Assembly: GCF_964355755.1 (NCBI RefSeq)
Contig: NC_092670.1
Span: 38,490,388 to 38,554,387, forward strand
Length of the DNA: 64,000 nucleotides
From: Antedon mediterranea
Lineage: Eukaryota > Animalia > Echinodermata
Direction: 5' to 3'
Shown one piece after another: positions 13,701 to 27,640 of the stretch. The notes below the pieces were generated by a model. It worked only from the letters and a program-made list of their open reading frames with translations, had not been told where the DNA came from and ran no database searches. The first letter of the stretch is position 1; each line of letters starts with the position of its first letter. A program made the translations under genes and the position numbers.

Positions 13701-16700
13701 GGATTAAAACATTAAAATGATGATAAGCAGTGATTTAAATTGTGTAACCTTCATATGAGATGAATATTTATTTTAGGCTCAACAACTCAACTAGGTTATA
13801 TCACTAAATTACACTCAGGAGAAAGATCACTTGCCAATTGAGAAAATACATATTTTGTTTGTGTTCGTTTTTACATTTATTATTTTGTAATATTAGAAAT
13901 GTTATGACTTCTTAGAACTGGTTACATCGTCTACAATGTTTAAGTAAACATAATATTGTGTGTCGTCCTAGATTTATCACGGCAGCATTTAAGTTAGAAT
14001 ATAGAAAGACTACGGAATAAAAAACTCACTATAACGCAACGCAGCGACGTATCGACTCAAAGTGCTGTATTGCGTAATCACAAGTAGGAACCGACTACAC
14101 AATAGTGCTGCAAACATCGTAGGTTTGATTTCACGCAGGCGGGGGAAAACACAGTGAGTGGAAGGGCATTTTCTAACGTTGCGTATGTTGCGTCGTTGCA
14201 CATACGTAGTTACGTTGCGTTCGTTGGGTCGCTAGTGAGAACCACGCTTAACTTAAAAGAGCGAACAATAATCTTACCTGTGCAATCCTATCGAACCTTC
14301 CAAAGAGTTCGTTTAAGGTTTTTACAAGTTCTTTTGCTGTCATGTTTGCCGCCATTTGCGTAAAACCTTTCACGTCAGCAAACAGTAAGCTATTATTTAA
14401 AAAAAATAACAGTACTTATAATCTCCATTTGATATTTTAAATTGGTTTCATATAATAATACAATTATAAAATGGAGCTATCTATTTCTTATTTGCATTGA
14501 TATGTATCAATTACCAAATTATTAGGCCTATTTCCAAACCAATTAAACATGATCTATGACATAATGACGTGACCTATGACATGATCTATGAAATATAATG
14601 ATGTGACCTATGACATGATTTATGACAAATAGCAGGAATCATTGTATATGAATAAATTATATCTTTAATCCTGACTTAAATCTCGCAAGACCTTTATGTG
14701 GATTTGTAAACATATTTATTTTTTATCTATAAGTGCATTTCCATTCAGCACATTAGCCCATTTAGCCGATATGTATGGCTATTGCTCTATTATGATACTA
14801 TCCTAATTTGGATAAATGAGTTAACAACCTCACCTAACGTTCTCGTATCTATGAATGTAAATCTTATGAAAACGGGTTGGTTGTTGAATGGGATTGCATT
14901 CAATTTCGTAAGCTAGATACTGCATCATTTCCTTAGCTACAAAAGATGGTAAAACCGATAGTAATAAACGTTCCTACAAGAAAGAAATCAATTAATAAAT
15001 ATTTGTTAATTTAGTAATAATTTAAAAGATTTATTTTTTACTTTAAAACAATTGTGTAACATAAGATTACTTTCATCATAGCGTAATCATAATGTCTGAA
15101 CATACAAGCGATAGATTATCCGAACTGTCGCTTGTCATTGGTCAACTAACTTGCGTAGCGTAGAGTATACGAAGTGGCGTTGCATCTCTATTGAGAACCA
15201 CACTTCGGGAAAAGGCGTAAAGTATATCAGTCTACCCAACAATTGGGAATGTAGCTTTCTTCAGTAATAAATCGTCATTTAAGTAGGTATATTTATTGGA
15301 AAATTGTTGGGTTCGGTTGGTTTCGGCATGAAATATGTACATGTTACGAAGTAAAGCTCTGTCTACACTACCAAACTATATTTAGACAAAAAAAGGTGTG
15401 ATGTGCCCAAATACGGTAGTGATATGCCCAAATATGATAGTGATATGACATCACCATGTCCATTATATGGGCACATCACATTTTTGTTGTCACATAAAGT
15501 TTGATGTAGACAGAGTTTCACACTATATGAAGAAAAAAACTACTAAATTGTGTATTTCAAGAAAATGGACCAACTGGGAAAAGGTCGCGTGACAAACAAG
15601 ATACTGATGCATTAGTTAAATTAAACTATTCTTTGAAAATGACGCAATTTTAGGGCAGATTGAAGTCAAAATAACCTTTTAGGCGGCAAGACATTCAGTG
15701 TATTACATGAATTCACTTTCCACTTTTTTGTAAACACACCGAGAAATGCATTATCGAGATTTCAACATGGTATTTTCAAGATCGACTGACTGTCATAAAA
15801 TTTAGATTAGCTATGAAAATTTGATCACGAAATCTAATAATATTCTTCAATTAAAAGATAACTGTCTGAGATTAGGGATTACCATATTTCATTCAATTGC
15901 CATTATAAATTGATAATAGTTAAATCTTCAGATTTCATGTGTTTTAAAAACTATATCTTGATGACTACTAACCTGTTTCTTGTTTTCTTTTATCATCTGG
16001 ATGCGCGTTTGGACACATTTGTGCGTTTCTAAGAAGGACTGGCGATGTATTCTGTCAGACAAGTAACATGTGTAAAAACCGGAGATGTTTGTAGAAATCA
16101 ACACAAGCAAACTAGACAGTAACTGAAAAAAAAAGAGAGAGAGAGACCTTGTTATCATTGCGCAATCTATAAACAACATTTAGACGCACGCGTAAATGTA
16201 TTTCTTGGTAATGTAAAGCTCTGTCTACATTATCAAACTTTATGTGACAAAAAAAATGTGATGTGGCCAAATATGGACATGATGATGTCATATCACTATC
16301 ATCTACCATACAAGTACAAGTATTTTATTTTAAATTAAGTTGATTACCATATTTATTATTTGTCTGATAAATGCTTACTAAATGTGTACTATCTGTATTT
16401 GATGTGTTAATTAAATAAAAGAAAGATTTAGGCATATCCCTACCCTATTTGGGAACACCATACTTTTTTTGTCAAATTAGTTTGATAGTGTAGGCTAGAC
16501 AAAGCTTAAAGGTTTTTGGTTAAAATTTTGTTTTTTAATAAAGTGAAGGAAATAATTATGTTTGTAATTGTTTGCCAAAGGCCTATTCAAAAGTGTATAC
16601 ATCTTTATCATATCATATTCTAGACTTGCCCCAAGTCTGTATTATCTTTTTTTTAAATTTATTTGTTTTTATTTCGACCGCAATTTGAGTATCCAAAATC

Positions 16701-19700
16701 AAGTAGTATACGTATGAAACGCCATATGTGCCAAAATATTTATCTTTTTACTAATATTAAGACAAAACTCCGCCTGGAACCCAGACTAATCATATTCCAC
16801 TAGCAACTAAATCCTATCAAACTCAAAATCTACTTTGTAAACCATTTTTTTTCCTTCTAAGCATTTACAAATTATTGTATATACACAATACACCAAGAAT
16901 TTACTAATGTAAAGGTTCATTTTTATGTGTGCCGCCGCGGCACGCTATTAATAAGATGAATTGGAAGAACACGATCGTCGTCGGTGTGCTCACTTTATAT
17001 TAGATAATAATTCATTGATGAATAGGATGGAATACATATTCAGAGAAGACACATTTAAAATTTAAAATCATATTAATGTATCTTAACAGATAGAAGAGTG
17101 TTTTTATTTAAAATGTCAGTGAGACGCCTTAAACAACACAACTTTCAGAAGAACAGGTTTGATAACGTTTTTAAGCTCTGTCTACACTAAAACTAGTTTG
17201 ACAGAAAATGTGCCCAAATATGGTAGATGCCCAAATGTGGTAGTGATATGACATCAGCATGTACATAATATAATTTGAGCACATCACATTTTGTTGTCAA
17301 ACTAGTTTGATAGTGTAGACAGGGCATTATAATCAAGTGTAGTGTTCATCATCATCGTATAAATACGGTAGTCTATAGTAAAATATCTTGTATGTAATAA
17401 AGGTTAAGCCTAATGTGTTAATAGCGGATGTGATACAATGCACGGAAAAACAATAGTTTGAACAAATACATTATGGCACACGGTGTTTACACAACACTGA
17501 CATATCGCCCACTGTAAGACGTAAGCAAAGTAATTCAAACACAATGTGTAAGAATCATACAGTTACATTTACGAGAACCAAAGTTTTGGGAACTTTCCCT
17601 CAAAAGCAATCGAGTATTAGTATTTTAATATCTTTGATGTATGGATACGGCGTATGTATCCGACTAGACTTTCCCCAAGTCTGTAGTTATTTCGAGGTAT
17701 TTCAATGTTTGTCTGGAAACAAAACTCCGTCTGGAATAATCCAGACTATTACCGTCTCTATTTTCATCACAAATAAAATTGCGCCACTGCCTCGGAATAA
17801 TTAAGATACCAGACAATCAATTTGTAATTCAGGGGATATAATTAGGCATATACGTAACTGTTTTAACTAACTGCCGAGTTAGTGGTTTACACACATTTTG
17901 TACGCGAAAGATTCATTAATGCGCGCGGACACGTTGATGATAGAGGCCTAGCTGCTCTCGTCAACTTTGTCTGTGTGTGTGCAGAGTATCACTGGGTGCT
18001 TTTAGAACCAACCACTGAGCGAAGAGCAATGATTGTTTTTTTGTTTACGTTTTAAATAAAGAGGCGGGTTGTAATGAATTTTGTCATTACATGGGATATC
18101 TAATTTAATAGATCATACTTACAGCCGAGATTAAATTACGTTGGAAAGAGGATTTCGAACACTGTGTCTGTGACATGATACTAAATGTAGTTACCATGTG
18201 TAACATAATACAAGTTAAGTAATATACACTCTACATAAAGAGCTAATACTCATAAATACGATATCCATAACATTAAAACGTCATCTGAAAGATACTATGA
18301 TGAATGTAAATACGAATAATGTGAGTTGATAGCTTCTTGATTTAACAAAATGTAGGACACGTTGTGTTGATTTGGATATGGATTATTGTTTACATAAATT
18401 AAATAAAGCAACAAAACAAATGTTAAGGTATAAGGTATAAGGTATAATTATTACCTTGAAAAAACAATTCTTTAAAATGGTTTTGTTGAATATGCTATTT
18501 TAATGTCACATAATAGTTATTCAGTTTGACCAAAAATTGGATATAAAAAATACACCTGAAAAAAACTGTAATTTAAAGAAAAAAAATAGTCAAATTGGTT
18601 TTTGGTTGAATTTAACCATTTATTTTGTCATTTTATAAGTGAAAACATTAAAGTGGGTAATTTGATTAAAACTACAAAATGACCTATTCAAAGTCTCATT
18701 TAATTAATCTTAATTTTTTCATGTTTTGGGGACAATACATCTTTAAGAAAATAAACTTCCCCAAAAAGAACATTGCATTATTGTTATTAAACAGTTTTAA
18801 AATAGTTAGATAATTATAATTTATAGTTCAACAAATTCCTCAGTTCTTACAATAAACCGTTGATGTTAATCATTCCCTAAAGCTCTGTCGCACTATCAAA
18901 CTAGTGTGATGTACCCAAATATGGTACTGATATGCACAAATATGGTAGTGATATGACATCATCAGGTCCATATATGGGCAAATCACATTTGTCACATAAA
19001 GTTTGATAGTGTAGACAGAGCTTTATATAGGTTAGCTGTTGTAAGTTATAATGTGCTAATTATTCAAAGATTTCAAACGCTGTGCTAACGACACAACGAA
19101 TAACAATGGGTAAATATAACGCAGATTTTTACTCTAAGCTTTTAAGCTCCGTAAATTTTATTTTTCTAATGTTTGACATTTCCTTTCTAAGACGCACACT
19201 AATTGGTTTGAAATCGATTGCGAATTAATTTTTCGATGCTTTCAGATTGTGCTCTGTAAAGCTCTGTCTCCACACAGCACAAACTAGATTCAAGATTCAA
19301 GAAATTTTATTTGTCCATAAAAATGGAAATTCACTTTGCTTGGTAGATTAAAACAACAATATTGCAACAATTTAAAACTAGTTTGACAAAAAGCGTGCCT
19401 AGATATGGTAGTGATATGACATCATGTATATGAGCACATCACATTTTTTTCACATAAAGTTTGATAGTGTAGACAGAGCTTAAGTTTGATAGTGTAGACA
19501 GAGCTTAAGTTTGATAGTGTAGACAGAGCTTAAGTTTGATAGTGTAGACAGAGCTTAAGTTTGATAGTGTAGACAGAGCTTAAGTTTGATAGTGTAGACA
19601 GAGCTTAAGTTTGATAGTGTAGACAGAGCTTAAGTTTGATAGTGTAGACAGAGCTTAAGTTTGATAGTGTAGACAGAGCTTAAGGGACCGTGTCAATTTG

Positions 19701-22581
19701 TTTTACTGCAATTGTGTATTTTCTTATTTTTAATTGTTTTTATATTTTCGTTGTCGGAGTTAGTTAGTTAAGTTAGTTCTACTGTAACAGTGTATTGATA
19801 AATATAAACAGAAAGAAAGCAAAAATGTTACATAATTAATTATATAATGTGTTTTATAAAAAAGAATCATCATGTAAATGTGAAATCATTTTATAGTAGG
19901 CAGGCAGAAGGCAAGCTAAGCACGTACGTATAGTAAGTATTCCGAAATAAAATATAGGCCTAACGCATTACTAAAATGAGACTCGGCGGTCTAATTGTAT
20001 CCGAGTTTGTCTCTTGTTGGTGCAACTTTTCGCTAATTTAATCTTTACGGGTTATACTTCAGAAAGTAACTTTGTATTGACTATAATTAAAATGTCTGTC
20101 TACACTAACAAACTTTATGTGACAAACAAATAGGATGTGCCCATATATGGACATGATATTTGGGGGAATTTTTTGATAGTGCAGACAGAGCTTAGTATAG
20201 TACAGTAAATATGGTAGTGATATGACATCATAGTGTAGACAGAGCTTTATTGATCTCATAGAGGGTATGTAGATATAATTATAAAATCGAATTATACCCG
20301 TGGTTCAATGTGTTTAATTGCCTATGACGAGATTCAGAATTGTAGAGCTATCTGAACAATACAAATTGATTACTAGAGATGATTAGTGTCAAACAAGAGC
20401 TCATCAACACAAAGACTTTATCAGCAACGCGTGTAGATCATCAACATCAAATTACGTAAAAGGTAAACCTTTTAAATAATACGTAATTTATATATTGTAT
20501 AGCCTAAGCATAGCATTCCTGTTTACAGACTATCAGTAATTGTTTAGTATTAGACATGGAACACGTAAATTATAAAAATAAAGAACCAAATATGGATATC
20601 ATTTACAACTAACCTACATAGTTTAGCTAAATACATTGCAACACTGATATGCGTGTTATTAATAGTAACTTCTATATGTAGGCCTAAATGCATAATGATA
20701 TTGGTCAATCTGTTGCTACTTCAGTTGTAGTATTGAAATGTAAACGTTGTCAGTTCGAAGGCAAGTTAAATACAATGAAGAGAATTACAAACGCGCGCCG
20801 ATGACTGTACATTATATTATAGTACTGACTAGTCTGGGTTCCAAACGGAGTTTTGACTTCATAGGCCTAATAGTAACTAGATAAATATATTGGCACATGT
20901 GGCATTTCATACATATACTACAGGAAAAGCCTCGAAATAACAGATTTGGGGAAAGTCTAAGTAGGGAGTTGTAACAGGGAGTAACTCCCTGGTCTAAGAA
21001 CAAACGTACGTAGTGAACATTCATCTGATACGACGTAATGCTTTACGTCACTTTACGTAATAGATCTATTATGTGGATTCATTTACATAGTAGGGGGGGG
21101 GGGGCACGCAAACGCATAAAGAGAATAAACTTACTATTGCGCCAATGGTGTATCATGCTTTTGCATACTAAATACACATAAATAAACGCGCAATAAGTGC
21201 GTACACACCCATTGGCGTAACAGCTATGAGCGCTCACTGGCTAAACCTCCAGGGGCCCATCAACAGTGCCAGGTGGAAAAAAACAGGCATTAAATATGTC
21301 GAGAAGGGCGTTTAAGGGCCACTTAAGGTTCCTAAACTAGGGGCCTCGGGCATCTGCCTTACGCTACTGTACACACCTCAAAATAAACAAGCCAGTACTA
21401 ACCTCACGTAAAGGATCACAAACTTCATCCTTGTGTGACGCTATAGTGAATCCACATTGTAATGTAAATCTCATAACAGAAATCAACGAAGTGATTGTCA
21501 GTAACGTCGGAACAGAAAAAGGGAGCATTGTGTAGCAAGAAAATATTATAAATATTACACACCATTCAAAATCTAAGAAAGAATTATACAAAAAGCACTG
21601 GTAGATGATGACGGACATGTTCATCTCAATCGCTAATAATATCCAGGTTAGAATACCAAGCAAGCGAAGTTTCTTCAGAGAAAGTTTTTGATATAGTAGA
21701 AGAAATACAAATACTACGAGATTACACATAGTCAACACTCCGGAGGCAAGGGAAAGTCCAAGGAATTTCTTGTTAAAGAAAACAACAATTAAAAGAGCTT
21801 TTGTTAGCATTTCAATTACGTGTAACACCATTAATGAACGCTGTCTCTGTTTCAAAAAGTAACGTTGGTAAAGATTCTCAAGATGACTTGATCTAAAATC
21901 ACATTTCATAGTCGGTAATATTATTCCTTTTGCCGACGTTCCGCACGACTTACACGCGTCCTCCAATCGACTGGACACTGACAGACCCGACGGTCGGTTC
22001 CGCAAAAAAGCCGCCATTGTATTTCCAACTGGATGGACTTTATTATCTCTTTTTCGAAGGGTGTTCACTTGGTGGTCTTTACACGACGAGGTATTCTCGT
22101 CCGTAAAACTTCGTCCGTTGTAAAACGAATTTTCGTTATTAAATCGTAATCTGTATAACGCTTCTTCCCAAAGCGAAGCGCCTCGTGAGCGCAGACGAAC
22201 ATCCAACAGACCCGGACTTGCCGCCGTACTTCCACATTTTATTTTATCTACAGGTGTCCTATCAACATCGTCCGTACTTTTCAACGTTAAAGTATCCGAT
22301 TTTTGTATCGTACGCTCAATTGCTTGATTGTTCTCGTTTGGGGTGCTTGGCGCGCGTTGGTTAAATCCGGTGGCTGTGGGATCGCTTGCGTTGTCGTCTG
22401 AATGTGACGACCTCTCATCTAATGACTCAGCTCCCGACGTTTTAGCTATAGCTACGCATTCGTTGTGACTATTCCCACTCAAAAATAAATCATCATCATT
22501 TGTTAGTGGACCACGTGACGACGCTTCACTTGTAAGTGTGATAATACACGTCTTCGGAACGACTCCATCGGGCGTTGTCAT
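1715..22581 (-). CDS. ADCY8: Membrane adenylate cyclase, type 8-like (multi-exon; 3' exons not identified and probably beyond window start)
   Basis: Phase-consistent GT/AG exons: 22581-21403, 16122-15973, 14973-14834, 14389-14278, 12658-12531, 10490-10332, 10180-10051, 8833-8594, 7184-6984, 5440-5343, 4612-4411, 2603-2469, 1854-1715. The translation gives [16 protein letters not shown], a hydrophobic M1 block, [95 protein letters not shown] and RDDAFKSN, then part of M2. These match the class III cyclase C1a domain and motifs I recall from vertebrate AC8. Orthology is by recognition, not by phylogeny. Confidence 0.9.
1905..2430. repeat. Degenerate (CAT)n microsatellite
   Basis: Long CAT/CGT/CCT triplet run; it explains the poly-Ile and poly-Met ORFs in the track. 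Confidence 0.95.
4702..5320. repeat. 24-bp minisatellite in an ADCY8-like intron
   Basis: (AATGACTACCCTGGATAAAGRTWC)n, about 20 good copies, then degenerate. Confidence 0.95.
8005..8365. mobile_element. PIF/Harbinger-like MITE family B, self-nested pair (inner copy 8091-8269)
   Basis: TIR AGCTTGGTTCCCACTAG. Outer copy flanked by TAA/TAA, inner copy by TTA/TTA. Other copies at approximately 612-750, 845-970, 6360-6520, 7482-7690, 7809-7960, 8446-8575, 14030-14250, 23143-23290, 26259-26490 and 52809-52970. Confidence 0.85.
16620..16790. mobile_element. Interspersed repeat family C (representative copy)
   Basis: TAGACTTGCCCCAAGTCTG...GAAACGCCATATGTGCCAAA...AAACTCCGTCTGGAAC...AGACTA. Related copies at approximately 9893-10020, 17660-17750, 20830-20960 and 45876-46035. 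Confidence 0.75.
18881..19022. mobile_element. MITE family A (representative copy; ~150 bp, more than 15 copies in the window)
   Basis: TIR AGCTCTGTCTACACTATCAAACT, internal ATATGGTAGTGATATG repeats and TWA-like flanks. Copies at approximately 3059, 3945, 5457, 10551, 15355, 16218, 17175, 19260, 20095, 23798, 24239, 24600, 26100, 50972, 53260, 57362 and 63351. Confidence 0.85.
19458..19682. repeat. Nine tandem copies of a 25-bp unit equal to the MITE-A right terminus
   Basis: (AAGTTTGATAGTGTAGACAGAGCTT)n with identical units. Confidence 0.95.
21403..22581 (-). CDS. ADCY8: First coding exon of the ADCY8-like gene (long N-terminus plus most of the first transmembrane cluster)
   Basis: 405-aa ORF in the track. 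Donor GAG|gttagt at 21403; likely acceptor ttgcag upstream at 22883, making 22582-22883 5' UTR. Confidence 0.9.
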
Positions 22582-24879
22582 TATGTATTATGATGACTTA
22601 GCGATAGATATGTTACAAAGTTGCCATGATAATGGAAAACGTATAGGTATCAGTAAAAAGGCACGAATGCATTCAGCTTTGAAAAAGTGATGGTAACTTC
22701 TCTACAATTAAATAAATGTCTCGCGTCGCTTTCAAAATTATAATTAATAATAGGCTGATTAACGCCTGTCTGGAATCTTCTTCCGTACTGGTATACTCCT
22801 AATGGCAACTCCAACAATGATTGAAATAATAATAAGGCTGTCTTAAAATATGTTTTCAACCTTTGGTTCTTCGGGTTTCGTATCTGCAATTAAAAACAAT
22901 TATTAGTAATTATCCTTTATGAATGAAAATGTATGGTTTCTTGCTGTTGCTAAGGTGTTAAAATTTGTCATGATTTACGTCACATGAAACAACAATCTAA
23001 GTATGAGGATTATTAATAATTCTTTCAAATTTATCAAAATGATATTTGGTTATAAGTAGTAGATCCATATTTCAAACGCATTGCTACCACCAGTATTTTG
23101 TAAAAACCATTTTTGCAATTTAAGCAGATGTTTGGAAGTTAAAGCTTGGTTCCCACTAGGATGCAACGCAAGGAACGCAAGCGTGTTGACCAATGACAAG
23201 TGACAGTTAGAATAATCCATCGCGTGGGATTGGTCAACTCACTTATGTTGCGTTACGTCCCTGTGTTCCGTCTCCAATGCGAACCAAACATTAGTGATCA
23301 AAAGGAAGAACCTTATTTAATATAATGTAATATGGTTTACACAAGGTTATCGGCCCTATTCCAAATTATCGTAAAGATAAATAATGATTGCGCTAAAAAC
23401 AAACGCGGGCGTCAACTTTTGCGTCAACTGTCGAGTTATTGACGCATTTTCAAAGCCCTAATGAAGTGCATTACCCGGATCTTAGTGTTATATTTTGGTA
23501 TGTTGCATATTTTATTGTTTTCTGAATGGCAACCATAATGAAAGTGAATAATTTATCAAAAAAATCATAATTTATTCATTAATAATGTATTAATTCAGAT
23601 ATTAACATTCAAATAAGTACATTAGAAATGTTTCATAAATACACAAGGTCGGCCATGATTTTCGAGTTTTATGTAGGATACTTTACTTATCTATGCTAAA
23701 TAAGAATGAGGTTTGAATGTGAGGGCGGTAGTTTGATTTTATGCGAATATTTTGGACGTTATTTTCCATTTTGTCTAAAATTGCGTTTGGTTCGAAAGCC
23801 CTGTCTACACTATCAAAATAGTTTGACAAAAAAGTGTGATGTGCACAAATATGGTAGTGATATGACATCACTCCATTATATGGGCACATCACATTTTTTT
23901 GTCACATAAAGTTTGATAGTTTAAATAAAGCTTTAGGACCGCGGCTATTACAATTAAGTTTGATCACCATAGGCCTAACTACAATATGTATACAAAATTG
24001 TCCATAGGCCTACTTTCTGTATGAAAAACTTTTCCGTCACGCAATTAATCAACCGATATTGTAGGCCTATTCTACGACTTCAGAGAAGCATGTTGCACAA
24101 GACGTTAATGCCGATGTAGGCCTAATTGCCGTTGTCAACATTCAGTGGCTTCTTCTTCATGTATTCTTTAATATTATGACCTTTATGACCTTTTATAAAA
24201 TCTAAATAGAATCTGAATGTTATATAACCCACATCTAAAGCTCTGTCTACACTATAACATTTTATGTGACAATTATGATGTGCCACTATATAGACATGAT
24301 GATGTCATATCACTACCATATTTGGGCACATCACACTCTATTGTCAAATTAGTTTGATAGTGTAGACAAAGCTTAATATTGTAATTTTAACAGCGCCACC
24401 AATATGAACTCCATGTTGGTTTATAAGCCTCATATGTTTTAATAATTGTGGTCTAAATTTTAACAGACTTGTATTTGTACAGTGAATAGTGTTTTGACAT
24501 CAATGCTGTAAAAAAAATCTACCTAGATGATTTGAACCGACATCACACACAACGTCGAATTAAGTTCAGTCTAACTAATGTGCACATAATATGATAATGT
24601 AATATCACTACCATATTTAAGCATATTACTACCGTATTTGGGCACATCACATTTTTTTGGTCAAACTAGTTTGATAGTGTAGACAGGGCTTTAGTCGATT
24701 TAAAATATAATAATTATTTACCTAATTGAAAACTTAACATCTCCCAATATAAAGAATCTCTGGATATTAATAGAATACATTCAAATCTAGGAGTTGTAAA
24801 CATATTCTATCGATGAATTAAGTAAGGCCTAACTGGAATCATACACTTCATACATCAAAAGAGATAAAAAAACACTTTT

Positions 24880-25560
24880 CCTGTTCGCAAGTTAGGCCTC
24901 TTGTGAGAATACTGTAGTTAATAAATGAGATAGGTATAGGCTATTTACCAAGCCAGGAACGAGTGAAACTTATAGCCTACTCTTATCTGGTCGTAAGTTA
25001 GGCCTCTTTTGAGAATACAGGTACCGGTAGTTAATTAATGAGATAGGTCTACTTACCAAGCCAGGAAAGAGTGAGCCTTTACCTAATCTTACCTGGTCGT
25101 AAGTTACTGTAGGCCCTTTTGAGAATATTTAATAAATGAGATAGGTGTAGGCTACTTACCAAGCCAGGAACGAGTGAAACTTATAGCCTACTCTTATCTG
25201 GTCGTAAGTTAGGCCTCTTTTGAGAATACAGGTACCGGTAGTTAATTAATGAGATAGGTCTACTTACCAAGCCAGGAAAGAGTGAGACTTGGCCTAATCT
25301 TACCTGGTCGTAAGTTAGGCCTCTTTTGAAAATAGTTAATAAATGAGATAGGTGTAGGCTACTTACCAAGCCAGGAAAGAGTGAGACTTTAGCTTACCTT
25401 TTCTGGTCGTAATTTAGGCCTCTTTGAGAATAGTTAATAAATAAGATAGGTGTAGGCTACTTACTAAGTCAGGAAAGAGTGAGACTTAGCCTACTCTTAT
25501 CTGGTTTCTTTTGAGAATACATGGTAGTTAAAAAATGAGATAGGTCTAGGCCTACTTACC
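24880..25560. repeat. ~100-110-bp tandem repeat (6-7 copies) upstream of the first ADCY8-like coding exon
   Basis: Units contain CTACTTACCAAGCCAGGAA.GAGTGAGAC...CTGGTCGTAAGTTAGGCCTCTTTTGAGAATA...ATGAGATAGGT. Confidence 0.9.
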
Positions 25561-27239
25561 AACTAAAGTGAGGTTGTATAGTTTCAGTGTCTTTACAAAA
25601 GTGTCTTGTTGCTCCTGACGGTTCAGTATCATTTGTGGAATTTTGCAATGCATTCTATAGCTTTAAAATAAGGATGTCTTTTTATCTCTTACAATCGATA
25701 ATAAAATCCTTACAAAACGCCTGATTTCAGCACCTGCTATTCGGCTGTGAAATCGCTGCCAGCAAAGTGGTATTAAGATCTATTCGGTTTGACTTTTACG
25801 ACGTAAACAGAGCCTACTTTGTAATTAGGTTCGAGTGTGTTTAATTGCCTTGGTTCGAGTTCCAATGCACTTACTAGTTCTAGCTGATTCCTAATAGTTT
25901 AGGTTCACATTTGCTGTTGCGAAGCCGTTGTTAATTAGAAACTCATTAGTGCGAATAACTAAGAGATAATGTGTCACGTTGGCACGAAAGATGAATAAAG
26001 TACAGCAGTTGTTGAAAATATAAATAGAAATTCATTGAATTACAATGCTATTTTAAAATATATATATTACTGAGATAGCCACAACCTAAAGAACACTAAA
26101 GCATTGTCTACACTATCAAACTTTACGTGACAAAAAAATGTTCCCATGATAATATGGACATGTCATAATCACTACCATATTTGGGTATATCACTAGCATA
26201 TTTGGGCACATCGCACTTTTTTTTGTCAAACTAGTTTGAGTTGCATTTTGGAACCTAAAGCTTGGTTCACACTAAAAGACGTTCACGTCAGGGTACACCT
26301 TGGTTCCCACTAGCGACGCAACGTAACGCAATCTACGCAACATAAGCAAATGCCCTTCTAATAATTGTGTTTCCCCCCGTCTGCGTGTGAAATCAAACCT
26401 GCGATGTTTGCAGCTTTATTGCGTCGTCGGTTCCTACTTGTGATTACGCAATACAGCACGTTGCGTTGCGTTCTAGTGGGAACCACGCTTTAGGAAAGAT
26501 GTGATACCAACTCTTACGAAGTAATTTATAGGCTGAATAGTCCTACTCAAATAATAAACACTAGTGTGGACTAATGGCGATCAAGGTATTACGTTTTCTA
26601 TAAATAGATTTGGCTACAAACACTCTTCCCTGATATAATTAATTTGTTTATTGTATTTGAAAAGATTACAATTTTCAAGAAAATTGTTTTTGCAAAAAAT
26701 AAAATGCGTTCTAATAACCTATACAGGTGAAGTTCATTGCTCTATCGGAAATTGATAGAGTAAAATACCGGATATGTTTTATTTTATAACAAAAGACTAT
26801 TTTTTATGTTTGTTTTATTTGCCATGGCAAACTAAATCTTGACCAACCAACCGACAAACCAGTGTCAGTACCGCAATTGGACATAACGTGCTGTTATATA
26901 CGCATGCGTTATTAAACGTAAAGTAGGCGTAATACATTTTGCAATTTTATTTTATATACATTATATATTAAATTTTATTATAAAATATTTCTTTAATAAT
27001 TTAATAGATCTTTTTTTTTTTTAAGAATGGCCTTCTTAGTTTTACAGAAGATATTCCCAACAACTGTTGTAACATAACCATATCATAATCATAATTTAAT
27101 AAGTTCCACTAGCTTCTCGTAAACAATATATCAGAACAAATAAAGATAACTATACGTTATCCAACACGTGCTCAGCGTAAAGTTACTATAAATCGGTAAC
27201 AACATACAGAGCAATTATAGACAATGTTGAGCAACTTAA

Positions 27240-27638
27240 GGCCCATTTACACTAGGACGATAACGATCGACGAGAATTATATAAGCATGCATTTTTTTTT
27301 ATACATAAAACAAAATAAATTAGAAAGGTTTTTGTTCTAGAACTATAGGATAATCATTTATGCTGTCTTTGATAAAATAATATTGTTTAAATTCCAATAA
27401 AATGACGTCATGATAAATAAAAACAATAAAATCGTTGTATTGTCACGATATTATTGCTCTTACTAATCATGATGTCATTTGATTGGAAGTGTTAAAATAT
27501 CATTTTCATCAAAGAAAGCATAGATGGTTATTCTGTAGTTCAGGAATGACAGTTTTTATATTTCTTTTGTTTTATGTATGAACAATGCATATTTGCCTAT
27601 TTATCATCGATCGTTATCGTCCTAGTGTAAATGTGCAT
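27240..27638. mobile_element. ~400-bp foldback MITE (family E)
   Basis: GGCCCATTTACACTAGGACGATAACGATCGA ... TCGATCGTTATCGTCCTAGTGTAAATGTGC with long internal inverted similarity. A partial copy lies at about 60650-60880. Confidence 0.8.
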
Positions 27639-27640
27639 TT

